A stretch of 64,000 nucleotides of DNA from contig CM052817.1 in the NCBI GenBank assembly GCA_028534125.1, forward strand, positions 46,254,001 through 46,318,000, written 5' to 3'. Positions within the stretch are counted from its first letter, which is position 1; every line of letters starts with the position of its first letter. This document shows positions 11,501-24,613 of this stretch, in pieces. The stretch comes from Lama glama (Eukaryota). The notes below the pieces were generated by a model that saw only the letters and a program-made list of their open reading frames with translations, was not told the DNA's origin and searched no databases. The translations under genes and the position numbers were made by a program.

Positions 11501-14440
11501 ATATGAGAAGGTATTAATTATTTATCATACAGAAAAAAATTTAACGGTCTGATACCTACTTTTTCAGAAATATCAGGAACTAGCTAGTGCTGGAGATGAA
11601 TCAGATTAATCTGAAACTAAATAGGTTTTTCTAAGGTTTAAAATATTTATATAGAGGCAAAAAAATGGATGTGCCTCTATTCAGTACAAAGCTTGCTTCA
11701 GTTAAAATCTGGATTTGCCCTCAACTGACTATAGCAGAACAAGGTATTAATGACATCTGGGTAGCTCTAGGGGCTTGAGGCAAGACGAATGAATTTGAGC
11801 AGCAAGAACACTTCCAGATAGATTGGCAAAGGTAGAAATCAGGAACTCAAATGAGAACAGGTAGGGGTCTTCCCGCCCTGCCTCTTTCCTCATATTCCTG
11901 CCCTACTCCTTCCTCTTGGTGCCAGTTGAAAACTAGATGACTTCTTTCTATTATCTATCTGGAAATAAACTTGAAAACCAAAATTACCCTCACTTTATCC
12001 CTAAGTCTTTCAGTTTCCCATCTCTCTTTTTAAAATAAACTTTACTAAGATATACATCCCATACTTTTAATTCACACGTCTTTTCATTTCTTCTTTTCTC
12101 CCAAGGAAAGTCATTTAATTAAAATGTTTGGTACCCAGCAGGAGACCAGCCATTTCAGCTTAGTACAGCTTCCCCATGCTCCTCTAAATTAAAGGCTAGC
12201 AGCCCCAGAAGACAACACAGACAGCAGGCAGAATCTTGCCACAGACCAGGAATGGGTCCTCTTAATATTTTTAAATGTCATTTTATAATTAGGGGATCAA
12301 TACATCCTGAAGAATTTACTCAGAGAATTCAAAGAAAGATAAAGAATCAATATTTATCTATCACCTATTAACTACTAGCCTGAGGTAAAAACACTTCTCA
12401 AGTTGTATTCTTTTTCATCTTTGTTTTGTGTCAGTGTGTGTGTGTGTTTGGTGGGGAGGTGTTATATTTAGATTTCTATCATGTCTGTAACCTAACATAA
12501 TTATTTTTCAAAATAGAATTATTTGTAATAAGTCCTTTTTATAGCTACACCACCATTCATTAAATATTCCCGTGTTATTGAATGCGTATGCTGTTTCTAA
12601 CTCTTTGCTATCATAAATTTGTGATGGATATCCTTGAATGTTAACTATGAAAGTCTCCTTGCAATTCTCTTTAGGATAAATTCCTGGATGTAGTATTTTG
12701 AGAACTGAGATAATGTGTGCTCACAAGCCTATATCTAAAGCAAGTTTTAAAATCTATTTATTTATATTTGAAGACATTTATTTAAGTTTACATCTCATCT
12801 AGTGCCCACATTAAACTAATGTCATTTTCCAAGTTATTTCCAAGCCATTCAGTACTCTTTTGCAAAGCTTCCACTAAAAAATCAGAAAATGTATCATAAA
12901 GTAGTGGAGGGGGAAACTCTTTCAGGTAGTTTTTCATTCAAAAAAGTAAATTTGGGGTGCTATCTTAGTTACCTAAAAGGACTAATATTACTCTTAGTAT
13001 GTAAGGAGGGATTCTCATTCATCCTAACGTGGCACATCACTTTATTTTTAGAACTGTCCTGACTGTTCTGTGAAGGATATGTGTCATGTGTCCTTTGTTT
13101 TGTGTGTGTGTATGTTTTACAGAGATAAGGAATCTTCCTTGCTTATGTTTAAAATAAGTGTAAGTATGAATTATGAAACACGCACAACAGAAATGATTGA
13201 AATGCACCTGCCCTTTATTTTTGTAATGTAATATCTGATCCCTGATATTGATTACCATCTTGATTTAAAGGACACACACATATTAGTAAGATACTGAGAG
13301 CAGATTGCCTGCAATGTGCACACTCAGAGAAGAACTATGACTTTTTAAAATCTGTTCCAACCACAGTCATAAAGCCCACATGCATGCGTAGTACTCATCA
13401 ATCCCCAGGTTTTGTAACAAAGATAAGTCATTCTAAAATAAGCAATTATTAATTAGAAAAATCAGAAATAAAATTTGGAAAGAATTGCACCTATGTGAAA
13501 GAGCAAGAGACAGAGCCAGAAACCTTTCTCTGACTATAGAAATGGGTAAAAAGAAAGGACTTTTCACAGAAAGCTGCCTGAGGAGATACAGCAACACAGT
13601 GGCTCCCTCCTTCTCACTGTTCCCCTTCAGAACCAAAGCCACACCTAGAGCAGGTAGTCAGGTGCACAGTCAGATTCTCCATAGCCTATTTCAAACACCA
13701 CCTCTGTATAGATAATTACACAAGTGCTGATGTGGGACACTCCATCCCTGAATTGTTTTTTAATTTTCCTGAATTTTAATGAGATGTATGGATGTTATTT
13801 CAAAGCCACAACTAATAATGACTGATTGTAGATCTAATGAAATCATTTCACTTTCTGCCAGTCAACGCATGTTTGGAAGAGACATTCAGCAATACCCCAC
13901 AATCTGAATATACCACAGGAATGATGACTTCACCAAAGAAGGGCTCATATTCCTCCCCACATGAGAAGGGAAAGCCATAGTATTTTCTCGTTCTTCATTG
14001 ATGACAGTCATCACTTCTCAGCTGTTTCTCTGCCGCCTCCCCACCTTACTTTTGAATTCTGCAGGTGTAAGCTCTGAGTCAGCAGTGCTGATGCAATGCC
14101 ATATTAAGCCTTCACGAAGGGGAACAGCCCCAAACAAGGTACTAAGGAGAATCTAAGGTGGAACAGATCCTGAAGAGCCCATCTGCCCCTATAGAGGCTC
14201 ACCTCAAGTCTTAGGAGAAAAACTTAAACCAAGATAAGCATCTGACTTCTAAAGAAGGAAGTTGTTCATTAAATATTGAATTGTCTATTCTCCAGTGTAA
14301 GGTTCTTTATTAGGTACAAGAAATACAAAGATAAATAGGAAATGGTCCTGGCTACTGGAAGTCACAATACAATGGGAGTCACATCAATGATGTCTCCTCA
14401 ATGCAGTCACCTTCAATACTGTCCCACTATAATTCATACT

Positions 14441-16780
14441 TTTTTTTTTGAAGTATAGTTGATTTACTATAGCCATTTTAATTATAATACATCTTGTAGA
14501 TCTGTTTGGGTTCATCTTGTTTGGGAACCGTGTGCTTCCTGTACCAGGATATCTGTTTCCTTCTTTAGGTTTGGGAAATTCAGCTGTAATTTCTTCAAAT
14601 ATGTTTTTGACCCCCTTTTCTCTTTTCTTCTCCACCTGGGACCCCTATTATGCATACACTGGCACATTTTATATTATCCCATAGGTCTTTCATATCACTC
14701 TCATTTTTTTTCATTTGTCTTTCTATCTGCTGTTCTGACTGGGTGGTTTCCATTACTCTATCTTCCAGATCTCTTATTTGTTCTTCTGCATTATTTAGTC
14801 TGCTGTTTATTGCCTTTCGCTCGGCTTTCATCTCAGCAATGGAGTTTTCTGATTTTAACTGGCTCCTCTTTATAGTTTCTAGTTCCTTTTTACAGTGATC
14901 TGCATTTCTGTCAATAGTCTCACTTAATTCATTCAGTATTTGTATTGTTTCCTTTTTGAATTCAAGTTCTGGCAGACTGTAGAAGTCTATTTCATTGATT
15001 TTTCAGGGGCTTTCTCTTACTCTTTTAATTGGGAGTGGTTCCTCTGCTTCTTCATTTTATTCTATTTCTCTGACACCATGAACTTAGGAGTAACAGTCAT
15101 CCACTTGGTCTTGAAGTGCTGTTCTTGTGTGGGAGCGTCCTTGTGCAGCTTTGTGCATCTGCTATTTTGTTGCGAGGGCTGTTTGTAGTATGGATGGCTG
15201 CCACGTTTTTCCTCCATGTGTGCTGGCTGTTGTCCCCGTGATGGGGGTGTAATTGGTGTTGTGGTGACCAGAGCCTGCACTGGATGTTGAGCGGGGCCTC
15301 CTCTTTGCCCTGTGGCTGTCACAGCCCTGTCGGGGCCCAAGTCTGCTCCCTAGTTGTTGGAGAAGAGGCCCCGCAGATTTGTTTCTAAGCTGCCGAAGGA
15401 GGAGGGCGGGACCGGAGCACTTCCGCTGGGAGAGGAGCTGCTGAATATTCCTCCACAGGAGAAGTCCCCTGGGAAGTGCCCTCTGTGGTGTCACCTGCCG
15501 CCTGTTGTGCAGGCTAACAAAGTACATTGTTTGGCGCTGCCCTCAGCCTCGCCTCAGCAGTGGGAATGCAGGCAGCCTGCCCTGGTGTCCCTCGGGCACT
15601 GTGCTCACAAAGCACCAGGGCAGGTCCAAGGAAGTCAGGCACCAGGGCCCACTGTAATTGTGCATAGTCATGCACTTGGATGGCTGTGGGCTACAGGGTC
15701 ACCCCAGCCTTACCTCCGCATGTGCATGCCTGCTGTTCATGTCAGACCTGCCCCAACCACACACCAATATTCTGCCCAGATGTCCCACATGCACTGAATT
15801 TACAAAGCACTGATGGCATAAGTCCACCAAATCCAGCTGGGACACAGCTCAAATTTCAGCTCCACAGCTTCTGAATTTTTGTGGCTTCTGGGAATGGGCT
15901 CAAGTTTCAACCCACCAGCAACTGCACCCTTCCAGAGCAAGCTGAGAAGGAGACTATTACGGCTGGGTCCTGCCCCTCCTTTCATTTAATAATGAGGCTT
16001 TCAGAACAGGGCTACAACTCGTGAGCTTCCCAAAGAAAGAGGTTTCTTTGGTGGTGTCCTGACCCTCCCTTTGCAAAAGCATGTTAACAGTGGGGCTTCA
16101 AAGGTGGACATGGACTCCTTTGTACACTCCCAGTTTCAGCTTGCACATCACTGTAGCCCCTTAAAGCTGGCTCTGCACAGCCAGCCCTCGTCCTCTCCCC
16201 CGGTCTGTCCTCTGAAGTCCAAGCTTCAGCACCCAGGGCCAACACACACCAGCAGGCTCGAGTCTTGGGCTGGGGCCTGCCTGGACCCTCTGTGCTGGCT
16301 TCTGTCTGTTATGTCTGCCATGAAGTGGATGCTACGCTCCCCTCAAAGCTTCTGAAGATCCCCTTCTGTTCCCGCTAATCTCCCCGCTGTTGAAGGGACT
16401 TCCCAGAGCACTTGTCCTCTTTCACCACTCCGTCCCCAAGGCACAGGCACCATATTGATTCTGTTTTTCGTTTGTTAATGTTTTTAAGTCCTACCCGGTT
16501 ACATGGAGATCTTTCTTGTAGCTTTGAATGTATGAGATCTTTTGTCAGAATTCAGGAGGCATTCTGTGAGAATTGTTCCACATGTAGATATATTTTTGAT
16601 GTATTTGCGGGAGAGGGTGAGCTCCATGTCCTTATATTCTGCCGTCTTGAAGACTCTCTAGTTGATTTACAATGTTATGTTAGTTTCTGGTATACCACAT
16701 AGTGATTCAGTTACGTGTGTGTATACATATGTATATTATTTTTCATGATAGGTTATTATAAGCTATTGAATATAGTTCCC
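14441..16780 (-). mobile_element. Composite L1: a short 3'-end fragment (14441-14467 plus 16659-16780) interrupted by an L1 5'UTR + partial ORF1 (14468-16658)
   Basis: ORF1 remnants in the ORF track (NSRLNNAEEQIRDLEDR, KNIFEEITAE, MKDLWDNIK). The minus strand starts at 16658 with GAGAGTCTTCAAGACGGCAGAA, an L1 5' terminus. tagttgatttac is duplicated at 14456-14467 and 16659-16670. Confidence 0.9.
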
Positions 16781-17857
16781 TACTAATTACATACCTCATC
16801 TAGGTCCTCTGTATTTCCACTCCCCCTTCTCCTCTTTTATTATTTTGTTACACTTCAAAATTTGAAGCATGATGCTTGAAAGACTTTTCTACTTTAAATA
16901 AAGGCAACCACTGTCATCCCATGTTAGCGCCATGTATTTAAATCTGTCATCATATTAAGGCATATTTTATACCTTACATGGGTGTTGTTAAACAGCATTT
17001 TTACAACTATGATTTGATACAGCCTCAAATAAAATAAAAGTCTACTAAAAATTAATAAACTAGAAAAAGGTAAGTCCATTGGAGGCATGGTGAAAAAAAA
17101 AAACAAAAAACAAAAAAAACCCTCCAACCTCCTTCTCAGTGTAGTGTATTGTTGCTAATGACTTCTAAACTTGTCACTCCAGATCAGAGCTCTCTCCCTA
17201 ATCCCAAATCCACATATCTCAATCCTCTACTGGACTTTTCCACCTGAATATACCATGAGTGTTTCAAACTCAGCAAGTTCAAATGGGGTTCATTATCACC
17301 TCCCGCCCACTAATCTTCTCCCCCTCCCACACCCTGCTTCCTTTCTACACCCTCTTCCATGTTAATGGTAACACCATATGCCCAGGATCCAGAGCCAGAA
17401 AGTCTTTCTAGTCTACTTTGTTTCTCCATTTGATTTTCAGCTATTCCTGTATTAGTTTAGAACCACCTCAGAGCTACTTCCAGCCTCATCCCTGCCCAGG
17501 GGCTACCAGAATAACCTTTCAAAAATTTAAATATTATCATGTTATTTAGCACTTACAACTATGTACAGGTTACCCATAAACTACTCTGTATCCAAATCTC
17601 TTCATTTATTTGCTGTCTGGCCCTCCCTAAGTGCTCAACTTCATCTTTCATCACTCACAGACAGGCATCTATCATTTTGAAAAAGTTCATAGTTTTTGAA
17701 ATATACAGTGTTTTATAGCTGTAAGGCTAAACACTGCTGGAAGGCCCCTTCGCTTTGATTCTTCCTAGGGAACTTCTATTCATTCTGTGTGCAGGGCCCC
17801 CCTGAATCATTTCATCTTCAGAGCTGGTGAAACACCGCTGTCACACCTTCTCAGAGG

Positions 17858-17992
17858 TCTTTTCTCTCTCTCTGTCTCCGTCGCTGTGTCTCTGTCTCTT
17901 TTGACCTCTGCTTCTGTCTCTCTGTGTGCATGTGTCTGTCCCTCTTGGTCTCTGTCTGTCTCTCTGCTGCCTCTCTTTCTCTGTTTCTTCCT
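17858..17992. repeat. CT/GT-rich low-complexity tract
   Basis: Degenerate (TC)n/(TCTG)n run. It explains the spurious ORFs 17787-18095 and 17807-18079. Confidence 0.85.
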
Positions 17993-20900
17993 AGATGACG
18001 GACAGACATATACATATCTGCACACACATACCTCTAATACTGTATCAGGAAACAGTATGACACTAATTTGTTTGTACATCTTTCTCCTTTGCTAGACTCT
18101 GAACTTCCCAAGAATTGAAACTATAATTTATGTATCTCTGTTTTTCAGCATTATATATAGGCCTAATATAGGGCCTAATATAAGTAGTGGCAAAATTACT
18201 ATCTATTGAAAGAATGAACGGACCCAAGGAAATATGTACAGACCTATATACTACAGCACTACTTCTGATAGCAATAAATTGGCAATAATATACATATTCA
18301 TTAACAGAAAATGGAAACTCCCTCAACTGAGAATTATACAGCTAATGCTACGTCTATTCACATGTGCAAATCTCCAAAACATAACAATAAGTTGCAGAAA
18401 TGTGTATTGAAAACATGCATGACAATATTCAGATCTGACAAATCTGACTGGTGTTTGTATAGGTATAAACATTGTTCTTTTGCTACTTTTATGCATATTT
18501 TAAATATTTCATAGTATAAAATTTTTAAAGACTTGGCCATAAAAACATAACAAAGTAGGAATGCCAGTGGCCAGACACTTCTTGAAAGGGCCCTTCCCCC
18601 CAGTGATAGACATATATGTAACCAAGTAGAATTAAGAATAAACAACATACCATTTAACAACGTATCATTCATCATTTAACCTCCAAGGAGAAAAATCAGT
18701 CTGTGCTTATGTCATGTACTGATACCATCAGGTGAAAACACTTGGTGACGAAAGCTTGTAACCCCTTTTTCACAAGTACATGCAATTGTAACAAGTTGAG
18801 AAAAAATATATACATATAAGGGTCTCAGGCAAATGAAGAAAAAGAAATAAAACCTTGGGATGTTTCCCAGATGCTCAGTTTGGTGGGAATGTTTTTGTTT
18901 ATTTGACGACAACATGAGTCAAGGAAAAATTTTAACAGTGAAGTTCATATACATCTTTTACAGAATGTATATCAAAGTATCAGTAAGTTTTTAGTGCTAG
19001 ATGATAATTTTTTGTATATTTTCATTTAAAGCATATTGTAATTTTAATCATAGACTCATAACTCAACAGACTGAAGGGAAGAGAAACTACATTTATTTAG
19101 TATCAAGCATGTGCTAGACACTTAATTCTTGCAGCAGCCTGTAAGACTAGTCATGTTACCTCTATTTTGTAATGTTTGAAAATGAAGCCCAGAGAGTTAA
19201 ATGTGATGTTTAAGGCTAAAACTGACATTGACCCCAGAGCCTCCCTACTTTAAAGGCATGCTCCGTCTACTTCCACACCCTGCCTTTGGGCTAGTCCCTT
19301 TCTCTTTACATCACAGGCTGCCCTATTCTTGTATGTATCCCTAAAGCCTCAGAGTACTGATTTGTTATGATAACAGGCCTACAGAATGGCTTACAAATGA
19401 TACTCGTACCTTTGTGTATATTCAAGCTGTGCAGTAATACACATGTAAGGCAGGAAATATTATATTCATATATATGTATGTAATTAATACTATATACACA
19501 TATGCAGTCTTTTTTATACACAAAAGTTTAAATGTTAATTTTGTTTTTGAGAATATAAGTAATATTTCATAAACAAAGAAAGAACTTAAGACCAGTAAAA
19601 CAAATATTATAGATCCCTTTTGCAAATAATTACAGGTATTTACAAAGATGTTCACAGTTGTTTACTGCAATATTCATAATAGTAAAAACTGGGAACAATC
19701 GAAATGTCCAACAATCAAGAATTGAATAAATAAGTTATAGTATACTCATCACATAGAATAATATGAAGTAATTAAGAATCATGTGTTAGAAGAAAACATT
19801 TTATGAGGAAACATGTACACAGTGTGGAGCTGTAACATCCAGATAGTTCACATAGGGTCAAAGAACTATGTAAATATTTAGATATACATATTAATACAAA
19901 ATAGTGGAAGGCCAAGCATCAAATTGTTAACTGTGGTTGGCTATGGCTGGGATTATAGGTTCTTTTTCCCTTTAATGGTCAGGTTTCCCAGGTTTTTCCC
20001 AGGGATGTATTACTGACATTAGGAAAAAAAATTAATAGTCAAATGCCCTCTTATTCATTGATGAAGCTGATTTCTTGTAGATCAGGGAGGCTTTGCCTAT
20101 GTGGTATCTCAGCCTTTGGGGATGGAGTCTGGGGACTGGAATGGGGGCGGGGGAGGAGGTAGAAAGAAAGGGAGACTAGGAGGGTAGGTAAAGGCAACTG
20201 TCCAAGAGAACAAGATAGAGAATGAGAAATAGGATATGGGAAGAACAACAGCTTTAGTGAAACCATGAAATGTGCTAGCATCCACTCAGGAAGCACTCGG
20301 GGCCATAAGTGAGCAAGTTCCACTCCCAAGTTGCATGAGCTGCAAAGGGTGGGATAGAGTATTTCCTTGCCCCACCCCGTGGAACTTCTCAGTGTCCTGG
20401 CATCCTGAAAATTACTAACCTGGCCCCAAGAAGGCGGAAATCTACCAGAGGGAAAACTCTGAACCTGAGATGATGTGTAATGGGAGTGTATCTAAAACTC
20501 GATAATATCCTGGGAGAAGCAGTGAAAAGAAATTGGTTGGCCACCTTGTATTTTCTGACGAGTAAGTATGAATATTCCAAATTACTCTACTGAATTGCCC
20601 ATTTATCCTATTTTGTATTACAGTGTCTATCATTAAGAGTGTTGCAATAGAGACGCTAGAGTTGCGACGGTGAGGGTTCGTTCATCATGCTGGCGGGGAT
20701 AGCTTAGTGGACAAAATACCAGCTTTTACCAACTATGCATCCAGAGGTTAACATGCAAGTGGCATTGACTCAGCAGCTCATCTTCTGAATGAAGCTAATT
20801 CCACAGAGTTTACTCAGATGGGTGGAGGGTCCTTTGGACAATGTCTGGGAAAAAACTTGCCTATCCTGCCTGGAAAATCAAGATTCCTAGAACTTTTACA

Positions 20901-22892
20901 AACTCAAGATTTCCCTCAGTTTCCTGGAAGCATGAGCTATAGGAGAGCCAAACGTCTTCTGCCACTCTTAGAACTGGTGCCCTATTCTTGCCAGCTTTCC
21001 CTGTTTTATCATTAGCCTTACAGAAAGCCAATTTAGCCTTTCCTAAACTACTTCTTTCCATTTAATTGTTTAATACTCTTACTATATTTTAGATGTCTAT
21101 AACAGTCTCTTAGTTTCTTCATCCTGCTCATAATTTCTTAATCTTAACCGTTCAAATCAAATCAGTTGATTCGTATATGTAATGATATGAACTACTCTTT
21201 AATAAACAAATCTTTCATTTTTATGGCTTTATCAATTTATGATGACAAAGTAGGAATGTTTACTAGTCACAAAAATAATGCTACCATTGTGTAAATCAGC
21301 CAAAATCTAGGCTAATGATTCCATCTTTATAAAATTATATTCTTAAAACTTCATCAGCTAAGTTTGTATCAATTTGAAGAAATTCTTGCTCCATTTGTAA
21401 TCTCAAAAATGAACACAGCACACATTTATTGAGTACCCACTGTGTGTCAGATATTGTTATAAGCACTTGGCTACCAAGCTTAAAAAAAAAAATCCCTAGT
21501 CCTGTCCCTGCTAGTCTAGTGAAAATGCCCTAAAAACAGATTCATTCTCTCTGTGAACTCAGAGGCAGCTATAAGTAGAGACTTGAAGCTTCTTATTTCT
21601 AAATGCAGTCTGATAATCTGATTTTCAGATTTGAGCTTCTACATTAGTCCAAATCTCGATTTTTGCAGATAGATATTTAAAAAGTAAGTGTTATATAGTT
21701 AAACCTATAAGGATAAGAGTATGGGAATTTGAGAAACTGGAGGGGTGATATTAATATTAACATAAGCTAATTTTATTCATGTCCCAGACTCTTTGCACAA
21801 CGATTTCCTCTTTTACCTTTTTTTTTCTGCAAGCTCATTCTGAGATTTCATCATTACACTCTGTACTGTCATCTCTCAGACATGATCGATCTTTCTGATA
21901 CATCACGCACTGCTCCTCCTTCTACTCTTCCTGACTTCTAGATGGGACTGCTTCCATATATGCTGACATTCTAGTTATGACAACGACCCAGCCCTCCCTG
22001 TTCCAGCTACTTCTGCCATTAGATCACTATCTCCTTCTTTAATCCCCACTGCTAATTGCATGTGCTTATTTCCCACACATAATGCATGATGTGGTCATTT
22101 TAGTAATATTTCATTCCTATTGTCCCATTATATGGAATTTCTTTTTTACATTAATTCATGCTTTCTCTATAATTTCCCTACAATTCACCAATATTAACAC
22201 ATTTTATCCTTAAATTCTCCAGGTGATTATTAAGGAAGTGGAAATGTAGCAATGTTTAGTTATTTCTTATAAATTCTCAATTTTCTTCCCCCAAATTTCC
22301 CATTATCCAAATATTCATTTCTTCAGGATGGCTGCAGGGCTATGTACCAGGCTGTCTTCCAGCATTCAGCAGACCTTTGTATCTACTTAGAGGCATTAGA
22401 GCTAGAATAGAAGGCAGGAGCAAGACCCATTTGCACTGCCTTCATTCAAAATGTCTTCCAGGTCAGGATTAGGATGGTGTGTGGCCAACTGTCTGTCTGA
22501 AATAGCTGCACACCTGACTGGCGCACTCTGGTGGTGAGAGGATACCCTGAGCAGGATGGCTGCTGTGCAGCCTCCATACTGTCTCTACACTCTAGGGCTT
22601 GAGTACCACCTGGCTCCTCTTCTGTGAATTTTATATGGGATTGGTTCTTCCTTTCTCTCTTCCTTTATTTTCCTTTCTCTTTTTCTGTCTTAATTTAACA
22701 CCTTGTACTCAGTTTTGATGTAGGCCTTTACAAAGGAGCCCATCGTGAGTCTACAGGAGTAACTCAAGGATGATGACAGCGTTGGCGTAAATACTTGGGA
22801 CATAAGGTTTCATTTAGTCACAACAGAATGTCAGTGGTTCTTGAAAGAGGACTGATCACCCATTTGTTATTTCTCATCAAAAGAAAAACATG

Positions 22893-23108
22893 GGGGGAGG
22901 GAGTAGTAGAGTGCATGCTTAGAGGTTCAATCCCCAGTACTGCCATTAAAAAATAAATAAATAAACCAAATTACCTCCTCCCCCAAAAAAGTCTTAAAAG
23001 ATATATATATATATAAAGTGGAGGGTAATAAATAATATATAATAAATATATAATAATATATATTAATAAAAATTTAAAAATATATAATAAAAATATATAT
23101 TAAAAAAG
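22893..23108 (+). mobile_element. Internally deleted vic-1-type SINE with an expanded AT-rich tail and 13-bp TSD
   Basis: ggggagggagtagtagagtgcatgcttagaggttcaatccccagtac...aattacctcc. TSD aaagaaaaacatg at 22880-22892 and 23109-23121. Confidence 0.88.
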
Positions 23109-24520
23109 AAAGAAAAACATGAGCATGAATGCACACTGAGGCACTTTGCTCCACTAGATGAAAATATTTATTCAATGTAATAATTGATAAGTGGGGATGA
23201 AGATCAATTATGAAATATTCTTTACAAGCTGCTAACATTAGAGTCAAGCAGCACCTTTTAAAGATAATGGAAATTTTATTCTGTCTTAAGAAAGATGGAC
23301 AATGACCACTCAAATTCCTCTCTGCTCACCATATCCTGAGACCTGTGTGTGAATCCAAGTGTTTCTAAAAAAATTCAACATAATATTTGCCCTCTCTGAA
23401 TATATCAGTTGCTGCAGCAGTAGCTCACTTAATGTTGATCTGTGGTCTAAAAAATGTACTGCCTCTCTAAACATCAGTCTTACTTATGTCAACCCTGTTC
23501 AAAAACTTGCATTTGATATTACCTGAATATAATTTCTCAGATAGACAGGAAGTGTGGTTAGCTGTACCAGCTTACTGGTGACTTCTTGAAAAGAGAATAC
23601 TTCTATTTTTCCTCTGTAAAGGAAGCAGATTACTCCACCTGGAGTTATCACATATATATTCTCAGTTTCAGAGAAAGGCCTATATTATAGTAAGAAAGTG
23701 AATTAAATTTGATTGAAGCTAATTTAAACTATCATTATTCTGTTCATCAAACTCAGTTTCTTCTGGAACTTTTACTCTCACTTCATAGTTTGTAAATACT
23801 CAGCAATTCAAGTATAAAGTCTAGGAATTACCAATAACATCTAGTTGATAAACAGAATAAAAAATGCTCTCATTGAAGCCTTGAATAAAGCAAGAGGAGT
23901 CACAATTGTCTGCAGTGTAAAAATACTATGTAAAGGTAGAAGCAAAGGGTAGAATTACTTAGTATGTTTGAATATAAAACAAACTAAGGAAAAACCTAGA
24001 TCCATTAAATGAAAATGCAGTAACTGTTCTGTTTCTACTTTTGCCCTTCTAGAGTCAAATTTTCTTTGCACAGTGTGAGTAATATTTTAAAAACATAAGC
24101 CAGACCATGTCAGTCTCCTGCCCACAGCCATCTTTGGCTTATATGAAAGTTTCATACAAGATCTATGAGGTCCGACATGAGCTAGCCCTGGCTACCTTTT
24201 CAACAGCATTTCGTACCAGTCTCCGCATTACTTATTCATGTTTAGAATCAATCATGTCTGTCAAAGTAATTGTCAAAGTCCACACTTATTCTTGTGCTGA
24301 ATCAGTCATTCCAAAGGCTATTTCAGTTTTCTACGATGAAGTGACAAAATCTAACATAGGCATATGGACCAATATGATGATTGCCAAGAGACACAAAATG
24401 TTATTTAGTTGTACACATACCTAACTCTCCCAAGAAGCAGTTCTTATAGACAGATCAGTAATTAGGGTAGGAATTATTCTGCTGATGACATTCCACCAAG
24501 TAAAAGCTACAAAGACTTAC

Positions 24521-24613
24521 CTGCAGCTACTATGATAACATCTGCCAGCTGAGTATGGATCTTCAGTTGTTCTTTCGGGGTGTATCTGTGAGCTATTGTC
24601 ACAGTTGCATCAC
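24521..24613 (-). CDS. MTHFD2L: MTHFD2L coding exon 6 (93 nt): (G)DATVTIAHRYTPKEQLKIHTQLADVIIVAA(G)
   Basis: DATVTxxH and ADxxIVAAG family motifs. Acceptor tatattctag, donor CAG|gtaagt. Confidence 0.98.

Noticed and set aside
15062..16355. Cluster of ORFs in GC-rich sequence that looks like a gene or CpG island
   Set aside because: This is the 5'UTR of the L1 at 14468-16658.
18155..18182. Short tandem duplication tataggcctaata/tagggcctaata (similarly atctgatg x3 at 33991-34020)
   Set aside because: Ordinary micro-duplications with no spacer or array structure.
1..24520. Search for MTHFD2L exons 7-8 (GIPKLIT..., ITPVPGGVGP)
   Set aside because: I found no matching sequence by eye. They probably lie beyond the left edge after a long intron 6, so truncation or pseudogenisation is not inferred.
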